NCBI GenBank assembly: GCA_002189035.1 | Contig: NEEC01000011.1 | Location: 1,984,001-2,048,000, forward strand | From: Utricularia gibba | Lineage: Eukaryota > Plantae > Magnoliophyta | Direction of reading: 5' to 3' | DNA length: 64,000 nucleotides | In this document: positions 55,301 to 64,000 of the stretch, one piece after another | Numbering within the stretch: position 1 is the first letter of the stretch | Layout of the letters: each line of letters starts with the position of its first letter | Made by a program: the position numbers and the translations under genes | Notes under the pieces: model-generated | Seen by the model: the letters and a program-made list of their open reading frames with translations, nothing else | Database searches by the model: none | What the model was told of the DNA's origin: nothing

Positions 55301-55644
55301 GTACTGTGAAAGAGGCGTCAGTTGACGCTGTACGGACTGTCTTATATGTCTGCTGTCTTGCATTTCCAGTTCATGGAAGTTCTCAATAGGGAACTCGATG
55401 CAGTCGAGAAGGACAAGGAAGGGTTCATACAAGACTTCTCGAAAGTAAGTCCATTTTTTCCCCATCATTTCGGCTGTGCTTTTCTTCCTCTTATTCTCAC
55501 AGACACCCTCACACCCGCCTTTCTGTTTATCGGCTCCATCTACAGGAAGACTACGATGAAATAGTTGGAGGTTGGCAAGCGAAGCTGATAAGGAGCTCCT
55601 CTGGTGAGCAGAAATGGGGTCTTTTTATTGCCAAGAAAAAGTGA
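52352..55644 (+). CDS. PEAMT: Phosphoethanolamine N-methyltransferase (two methyltransferase domains), multi-exon; 1-nt frameshift at about 55035; start uncertain
   Basis: [10 protein letters not shown]...[77 protein letters not shown]. First coding exon is either ATGG|GT at 52352 or an ATG at 52400. Confidence 0.95.
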
Positions 55645-56197
55645 TTTTGTTTTCCCCACTGGTGTTTGCATCTTCTTCTTGTGTATGTCTCTCTTGTTCC
55701 AATAAAGTGTGGTCGAAATAAGTGGTCGTACCGGTCTTCTCCACATGTCTCCTGTGTGAAGCAACGTTTGTAGACATTTGTGTGACCTGAATAAAGGATA
55801 ATGTTCTATGATGTTACATAGGATTTCTTACACAAACTGCAATTTAAATCAATGATATTTATATAAATGGGAGCACATGATTCCTCCGTCTCCAAGTTAC
55901 TCAGAGGCCATTTTGCAAGCTACTGTCTGAGCCAAGTTTTAACACTCTGAGTTGATGTGTTTCCAGTTAAAAAGACATGGCAATAGCCTCGTTCCCTTGT
56001 GTATCGAGATGAGACAGTTGGTGTGAGGTAGCCGCAAACACATGTAATAAAACAACTAGTGCTGTGATACAGTCATTCCATGGAACACAACGATGACAAC
56101 ATTGCAGCTGCAGAGCAGAAGACATAAAAAGCATACAAGAAAGTCTCAGGCAACATAGCAAGTGATAATTGATGCAAAAGAGCAGCATAGGAGACAC

Positions 56198-57379
56198 TTA
56201 GTTCTCCGGCTTTTCCCATTTCAGGGGCTTGACAGTCTCCCATGTGAAGTCCGGATCATCTCTACCGAAATGGCCGTACGCCGCCGTCTTCAAGAATCTC
56301 CCGTTGCCACCCCTCTTGAGATCGAGGTTGATGGAGATCATTCCGGGTCTGAAATCGAAGTTTTCCTTCACAATCTTCAAAATCTCCTTGTCCGGGATCT
56401 TGCCTGTTCCGTAGGTGTTGACATAAACGGACAATGGCTCAGGCACACCGATGGCGTAGGAGACCTGAACAATGGCTCGGCGAGCCAGCCCATTTGCAAC
56501 TATGCTCTTGGCTGCTTGCCTGACGATATAAGCACCACTCCGGTCAACCTTCGTAGGGTCCTTGCCTGAGAAAGCACCGCCACCGTGAGCACCCCAGCCT
56601 CCATAGGTGTCGATGATGATCTTGCGGCCTGTGAGTCCGGCATCTCCGTGAGGTCCGCCGATGACGAAACGACCAGACGGGTTGAGATGGAAGATCGTCT
56701 TCTCATCGAGGTACTTCTCAGGGATGATAGGCTTGATGACATGCTCTTTCAAGTCCCTGGCAATCTCATCGTTGGTGACAGTTTCATCATGCTGAGTTGA
56801 GATCAAGATTGTGTGCACTCGAACAGGAACCATGGCTCCATTATCGTCGTAGTACTCCACTGTCACTTGAGTCTTTCCATCAGGCCTCAACCAGGCACAG
56901 GTTCCATTCTTGCGCACTTCAGTAAGACGAGCACCCAATTTAGTGGCAAGGACATGGCTAAGAGGCATGTACTCCGGCGTCTCGTCGGTGGCGTAGCCAA
57001 ACATATGCCCCTGATCACCAGCACCAATATCTTCAGGCCGCTTTGTCAAGTGGCCATGAACACCTTGAGCAATGTCAGGGCTCTGCTGCTCAATGTTGAC
57101 AAGAACCTTGCACTTATCAGCATCGAGACCGACATCATCGGAGGTGAATCCGATTCCGCGGCATGTGTCTCGCACAATCTTCTCATAGTCGATCTGCGCC
57201 TTAGTCGTGATCTCACCAAAGACCATGACTAAGTTGGTCTTCGTGCAAGTCTCACAAGCAACTTTGCTCTCTGGGTCCTGCTCGAGGCAGGCATCAAGCA
57301 CCGCATCAGATATCTGATCGCAGAGCTTGTCGGGGTGTCCCTCATTCACAGATTCGGAGGTGAACAAGAAGGTCTCCAT
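56198..57379 (-). CDS. SAMS: S-adenosylmethionine synthetase; single coding exon with a 5'UTR intron at 57389-57979
   Basis: [52 protein letters not shown]. Uninterrupted frame to the stop. Confidence 0.98.
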   Translation of the reverse strand: METFLFTSESVNEGHPDKLCDQISDAVLDACLEQDPESKVACETCTKTNLVMVFGEITTKAQIDYEKIVRDTCRGIGFTSDDVGLDADKCKVLVNIEQQSPDIAQGVHGHLTKRPEDIGAGDQGHMFGYATDETPEYMPLSHVLATKLGARLTEVRKNGTCAWLRPDGKTQVTVEYYDDNGAMVPVRVHTILISTQHDETVTNDEIARDLKEHVIKPIIPEKYLDEKTIFHLNPSGRFVIGGPHGDAGLTGRKIIIDTYGGWGAHGGGAFSGKDPTKVDRSGAYIVRQAAKSIVANGLARRAIVQVSYAIGVPEPLSVYVNTYGTGKIPDKEILKIVKENFDFRPGMISINLDLKRGGNGRFLKTAAYGHFGRDDPDFTWETVKPLKWEKPEN

Positions 57380-58101
57380 TTGCTTAACCTGAGATACATA
57401 AACACTACAGATCTGAGAAAACCAACTTATTCTACGTCGATAACTGATACACAGAAATGGAAGAATAGATATGGAGTTTACAATCTTAGATCTCAAAAAC
57501 ATGCCAACAAATGGCACACACCGAAAAAAGAAGCATCAACTTCGCCCTTATCTACAGCAGATGGAATGATCACTTTATTCTAAAATACTCTTCTTTTTTC
57601 AGGGGAACCCAATTCAAATAATTTGAACTCCACATGCTTGTGCCAATAATAGTGATAGAGTCATTTAAGTGATAAATCAAAGGAAAGGAAAATTCTTCAG
57701 CCTACGTTTATGGCAGATCTACACTGATTTATCTCAAACGAGAAAACTGCACAAGATGATGCAAGAAACCAGAAGATCTAATCATTAAAAACTTCGACAT
57801 AATCCATCGATCTACTCAAATAATCCGCTACATGAAGTTCCACAACTAAAGAAGCAACTTCCGAAGACCCAAAGAAGAAATCAAGCAAACCCACATCACA
57901 GATTTGGGAGGAGCAGAAACGCGAAACTCCCCAAAGACCCACGACAAAAAAACCCAGTCCCATACCCTAAATCCATTACCTTAAAGAAGAAACCCCCAAC
58001 CGCTACAGCAAAGATGCCGCCTTTGTGGCTACCGCTTTTTCGGGGTGAGATTTCCCGGACTCTAGATGGCAAGGCAAGTCCTCACGCTGCAGGATGAAGA
58101 G

Positions 58102-58188
58102 TATTTATAGAACAAAAATTACTGGATCTTGCTCCGCTCACAAGGCGGTATATGGTAGGTGGGGAACGACTTCAAAAGTAGGGTTGGT
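58102..58188 (-). promoter_or_regulatory. SAMS core promoter: TATA box plus two MYB AC elements
   Basis: On the minus strand: TATAAATA at 58102-58109, ACCTACC (AC-I) at 58154-58160 and ACCAACC (AC-II) at 58182-58188. Confidence 0.65.
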
Positions 58189-59543
58189 GGGTCGCATCTT
58201 TTTCTGAGAAAAAAAAAATAGAAAAAACAGAAAAGGGTTGTTGCGCTCCCTCCAGCCGACGTCCGATCGGAAAGCTAGATCTGAGAACTGGAGAGTTTAC
58301 GGTTCAGATTTAACGGAGACGGTGACTGAGAATGACAAACGAAGACAAAGAAAGTGACAAAAAACGTGTAAAGTTTAAGTTACATCACGAGCGGATTTAT
58401 ATATATATATATAAGTTATTTGAACGATATATTTAAATAAATAAATATTTATAATCTTGTATGAGATTTTTTCTCTAAAATAGTAAAACTTAAAATTTAT
58501 TCTAAATACAGAATATAAAAAAGAGTTGTCGTGACATCTGGAATATCATCAACACTCATGACTTTATTATATATTATTATTATTATTATTATCAATAAAG
58601 ACGATCATAAAGGGATATTAAATTTGGGAAAATTGTATTTTTTTTATGTAAAAGAAGCCAACTACTTGGGATATGAAATGGTTGGATTATTTTATAAAGA
58701 ATGTCTACAGATTGTTTTAAAATAATTTTAATAAAATCATATTTAATAATCACTTTTATACAGAAATTCCTTTATTGTAAATAAAAAAATTTGAATTTAA
58801 ACTATTTAATTTTTATTTTACTAATATCAACTAGTTTTGAGATGATACGCATACATTTAATAACATTATTAAAAAGGAAAGATGAGAATTGACAGCTATA
58901 ATTTGTGGACGCGTTTTTTTAGAAAAGAAAAAAAGAAAATAAAGATAGAAAGTGAAGAGTAGGCGAGCACCAACTACACTATTTAATACCATTAATTAAT
59001 TCAACAAATTTGAAACAGAAAACATAAAACATAATTAATTAATTCAGTGAGGTTTTGAAAATTCAGTTAAGTAATGAGCATTAACTTCTATGTATGTCTA
59101 CATGTCTTAAATTTAGACTCAATAATTTTTAATTATATTTTAAATGTTTGGAAACACATTTTAAGATCTAGCCATGGGTTTATATTAAGCTTCGGATTAA
59201 ACAAATCAAAATCAAAATTGAATAAGTGTATAAACTGATAATAGAAAATGAATCTAAGAGTATGGTTTATACGATTTATTGTTTAACTTGTAATTAAAAT
59301 AGAAGTTAAAATTAATTATTACAAATTATTCTTAATTTTACTTATATGTAAATTATACTTAAATTTTTACTTATTTTTAATTTATCTACATTTCTATTTA
59401 AAATTTAATTTATTTAAAAAGTTACATTTGATTTAGTTATCAAAATAAGTCATCAACTTTTCCAATAAATAACCTCAACTATATTTTAATTATTTAATAA
59501 TTTCTAATTAATTATGAAATAAGTCATGTATACTATACGCTAA

Positions 59544-59842
59544 GAACATCTCCAATGATTTCAAGAAATCAGAGTGTCAAGTCAATTTTACTATGTTTCT
59601 GAAAATCTAGTTTACTAAATTTTTCATTTTATCTACAACCATATATGTAACACAAATTATTTTCAAAAATTTGAGTTATCATCTTTTTTTGTGTCCATTT
59701 TAATAGATTTACATAATGGAAATGAAAATTTCATTCAATGGAAATCCAAAAACAAAATTACATCCACACAATGATTTCCGAAAATCTAATAAAAGAAATG
59801 GAAGTGATACATAGATTTCCGTAAAAACCGTTGGAGATGCTT
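59544..59842. mobile_element. Tourist-like (PIF/Harbinger) MITE, 299 bp
   Basis: TIRs GAACATCTCCAA and (reverse complement) AAGCATCTCCAA match 10/12. TAA target-site duplication at 59541-59543 and 59843-59845. Confidence 0.75.
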
Positions 59843-61824
59843 TAAATTGAACCAATACAATTAGTTTGATAAAGAACTGAATTAATCGATAAGCAATTTT
59901 AATAACCGAAAGCGAATAGAATTTTTTTATTGGATTAGTAGGTTTTTTTAGATTAGTAGTGGAATTTTGGCGAGCCCTAATTGCGCGGCGGTGGGGTTTG
60001 TGGTGATGGAGAGTAAGAGATGCGAAAGCGAGGGCCATAAATTGTGAGGTGGATGGATGGCGCCGTGGGAGGACCACCACGGCGTCTGCCGGCCATGTGT
60101 TTGTGTGGCCAGCATTTGCTCCGGCGTTCCAATGGGCCGGCTACTATTTCTAAATCCAGAAAATCATCAGTATCCATCCTGACAGTGCATCAGTCACCAC
60201 ATGGCTTCTGCTTCTGCTTCTGTTTCACCATATTTTGTTCCGATACTCGGATCAAACAAACAGTTTCAGGCTTCCCACTTTGAGTTGGAGGATGGACAAA
60301 TGCTACCACGTTTGAAATGGCGCCACCTAACCCAATCAACACACACAAGAGAGAACACACTCGAAATTTTACACTTAGAATGGTTATTTTTTACACACAG
60401 TAACAGTAGTATGGTTAATTTTTAAATTCACCAGTGAAGAACAGGTGATTGATCTCACTGTTAGTTTTGAAAAGTAATTATACTGATATTATTTCTCACA
60501 CATTAACATCATAATTTTACAATTATGATGGTTAATTTTCATATTCACACACAAGGGTAGGGAGAGTAGGCACCCACCGCCTTCTAGCATGAGATCGACG
60601 GCCTGGTTGGATGAATTCCCTACTCATTTGCAAAATACCCTTATTTTTAAAAAAATTGTGTGAAATTTTTAATTAATTATTTATTTTATTGTATATAAAT
60701 ATTTTATATTCATTTTTACATGCATCATAATCAAATATTTAAAAATATAATATTACTAAAAATTAAATTATTTTCAAAATATAAATATTTATTAATAAAA
60801 CTTTATTGTATTGCATGCCCATTTTATGTACATATTTGTATAAAATTAAAATATAAATTTTCATTATAAATATTTATTCGAAAATATAAATAAATTAAAT
60901 CAAAACATTATTTAAAAAGAATGTGTACATAAGTGTATTTATATGCACATGGCATTGCAAACTAAACAGTTCATGTAAAATGATCGTAGAAAAGCAAGTG
61001 ATTAACATCATCTAGACTCCATTATGCACCCCAAGACAGTTATTTGGCAGCAAAAATATGTTAGAAATTAAAATTGAAATAATTAATTATATAATATTAC
61101 AAATTCTTCGTTTCTTGTATAATTTATTATGTAATCAATTATATAAGAAATTAAGTATATCTTAATTCATCGAATTCTTAATCAATTATATTTGAATTGG
61201 CTAAAATAACGTAGTATTGGTGTTGAAAAGAAAACAAGTTCGAGTCTTGTTGAATTTGAATGGGATTCTTGTATCTGTAAGCAGTCCCGCATCGGGAATC
61301 AGGCCTGTGATGCAATTATGGATCGAATTGGATTCCGCTGACGCTGTTGGGTTGTCCATTTTCCTGCACTCCAAGACGCCGATCCTCAAATTTCAGGAGA
61401 CGATGACGACCCTTTTTTCTGGCGGGTTAAGGTTTGGTGATTCCGAGGTGTCTTTCGGGTCGGAGGAAACCTCTGCTGATGGTCAGAAAGAGGAGATGAA
61501 GTGGCCTGCGTGTGCCCCGTATCGGCTGCATCTGCATGCATGGTGGCGGTTGTCGTCAGCCGAGAAAGAAACACTGAAACGCAACACTTTGAGGCTTCGT
61601 CTCGGAAAATGTAGCCAGGTATTTACTTCGCATGTGCAAACAAACAAAACCCCACAACGGAAACCCAACTCGCCGTCGCTTAATGCGTGAATTGAAGCAA
61701 CCCCATGCAGTGCAGTGACTGCCCAACGCCAATCTGCTACTCTTCGATTCCTTCATTCAGCCGCCTGATATAGCAGCTCGATTCCTTCTCGGCGCTCTGT
61801 GGAGTTTAGTTGGGTAGTCTCCAG

Positions 61825-63250
61825 ATGGCGGCGCGAGATTTCTTCCCTCTGTTGGCGATGGTCGCCGTCCAGCTGGGCTTCGCCGGAATGAACCTCGTCT
61901 CCAAGCTCGCCGTCGATTCTGGGATGGACCCTTTGATCCATGTGGCGTATCGCCAAATCTTCGCCGCCGCCGCGCTGTCCCCGCTCGCGTTTTTCAAGGA
62001 AAGGAAGACGCGGCCGGGATTGACGGTTCAGATCCTTTCTGGGATTTTCCTATGCTCCTTCTTCGGGTAGCAATCCCATCCAAGAAACAACAACAATTTT
62101 GACCTGAAACAAACTACCATTTTCTTTCTTTTTTTCTGCCGTCTGTTGCAGAGTGACGGTGAATCAGATCACGTTTCTGGTGGGACTCAAGTATTCCACT
62201 CCGACGATCGCCTGCGCACTGACCAACGTCACTCCGGCGGTTACTTTCCTGATGGCAGTGCCTTTTGGGTACTTCGATTTCCGTTTCTGAAACAGGCTGT
62301 AAATCTTGATCTGAGTGATCGATTCCATTTCTTTATGCCGGTTCAAGGCTGGAAAAAGCGGGTATCAGGAGCAGAGCGGGGCAAGCAAAGGTGTTGGGAA
62401 CTGGTATCTGTGTCGGTGGAGCTTTCTTGCTGTCACTATACCACGGCGCAGTGGTGAACGTCGGGAATTTCCCGGTGCACTGGAAATACGCAGAGCACAC
62501 AGGGTCCGTCAGCGGCGGCGGCGGCCATGCTAACAGTATCATTCTGGGACCTTTTCTCCTCGTCCTCAGCGCCGTTTCTTGGGCCGTATGGTTCATCGTC
62601 CAGGTAACTCTAAGAATCAAATACATGCACTGCACTTAGCCCCTGACAGAAACATGATTTGCAGGCGAGAGTGAGTCACAAGTACAACGCCCCCTACTCG
62701 AGCTCCGCGCTCACCTGCATAATGGCGACCTTCCAGTGCCTCATCATCGCCCTCTCCTTCGACCACCGCCCCGCCTCCTGGTCCCTGCGCCAGCCCATCC
62801 GGACGGTCTCCAGCGTCTACTCGGTACACACTCACTTCTCTCAAACCTCATAATCGACGATCCTACGTGATGGGCTGATTCCAACCCACTCATTTCCCAC
62901 CGCCGCTGCATGTCAAGGGCGTAATCTGCTCCGCCGCCGCCTACTGCCTGATGGCTTGGTGCATCGCCGTGAAGGGCCCCTTTACGTCTCCGTGTTCAGC
63001 CCCTTGCTTCTAGTGATCGTGGCCATTCTCAGCTGGGCGCTGCTACGAGAGAAGATCCATGTGGGAACGTAAGTTCATTGCGATTCTAAGCTACTTCTTC
63101 ATTTTTCCAGCTCCCAAACACTCCGATTCGCAGAATTTGCGGTTCCGTTGCTATTGTTCTGGGGCTGTATGGAGTTCTTTGGGGAAGAAGAGGGAAGCCG
63201 AAGAGGAGGATGAGGAGAAGGTCGCCGGAATCCAAACGGAGGCGACTTAG
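61825..63250 (+). CDS. WAT1-related / UMAMIT (EamA, nodulin MtN21) amino-acid transporter, 6 exons; 1-nt frameshift at about 62978
   Basis: [74 protein letters not shown], and after frame correction [18 protein letters not shown]. Resembles At1g09380/UMAMIT25 from recall. Confidence 0.92.
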
Positions 63251-64000
63251 GAACCACCAGTCCACGTCGGAATGAGACCCTGTGCGCTGAAAATGATTTA
63301 TAGTATGAGAGCTCCAACTCGAAAAAGTGTCTCATAGTATAAATCATGCAACTTTATTTTGGTTTTCGATTTCTTTTCCGGTACGTGATTTTATTTTAAT
63401 TTGACTTCCTGTTTTATATAAAATGACGCTTAAAATTTATTTTATTGTTTTATTACAAAGTTAAAAAGATGGATTTGATAGTATGTATTAAGTTATTTGG
63501 TATTAAACATACATAAAATTTTATATAAAAATAATTAATTTTAAAAAACATGGATATTTTATACAGAATGTTTTTTTAAAATAGTTATTTATAATATTAC
63601 ACTTTATAATTAAACTATATATAATATTATTAAAATACTAACCCTATTTCAACAAAAATGAATAATGAAATACAAAAAAATATTTTGATATTTAATTTAT
63701 AGTACTAAAAATCACTTTATCAAATATATAATTAACATTTATTATTCAAATGACATTCTTTTCATATGCTATTAAATTAAAATCAAAGAATTTTGAGCTT
63801 GTGGCACTCGATTTCTCCCTGTTTCTGAGTGCTTTTTCAGGGTGATGATGCCTATGATCTCTCCCCTGTTTCTGGCTCGCTGAGCTTGATTTGCTTGAAG
63901 TTTATAGATGAATCCTTCACTTCATTTTCATTGCTGTGACTCATTTCTAACATAATTTGTCTGCTTCCCGGATCAAAAATCGATAATCTTGTCTAGATTT

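Noticed and set aside
26890-63250. Metabolic gene cluster made of GAD, PEAMT, SAMS and the UMAMIT transporter
   Set aside because: All are primary-metabolism genes interspersed with unrelated genes over about 36 kb, with no shared specialised pathway.

Overview
Gene-dense flowering-plant (probably eudicot) nuclear DNA with many short GT-AG introns and AT-rich, MITE-containing intergenic spacers. I see no rRNA, tRNA, CRISPR or organellar DNA. Genes in order: group-IV CDPK (+), cold-shock domain/zinc-knuckle protein (-), decayed leaf ferredoxin-NADP reductase pseudogene (-), RPN10 (+), 5'-truncated cysteine-rich receptor kinase (+), type-I ROP GTPase (+), two tandem BLE2-like/ARM membrane-protein paralogs (+), glutamate decarboxylase (+), coiled-coil protein of unknown function (+), CobW/ZNG1-family GTPase (-), pollen receptor-like kinase (-), large AAA-ATPase (-), plastid ribosomal protein bS21 (-), CAR C2-domain protein (+), PEAMT with its conserved-peptide uORF (+), SAM synthetase (-) and a WAT1/UMAMIT transporter (+). 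The most unusual region is about 11-25 kb: a decapitated CRK, a 46-bp CRK fragment in front of BLE2-like copy 1, and a second BLE2-like copy shortened only by frame-preserving deletions and bracketed by nested direct repeats. Six otherwise intact genes each carry a single 1-nt frameshift in a homopolymer run, which most likely reflects systematic sequencing error. All family assignments come from recognising motifs by eye; no database search was run. I found no clearly new biological system, only candidate oddities.
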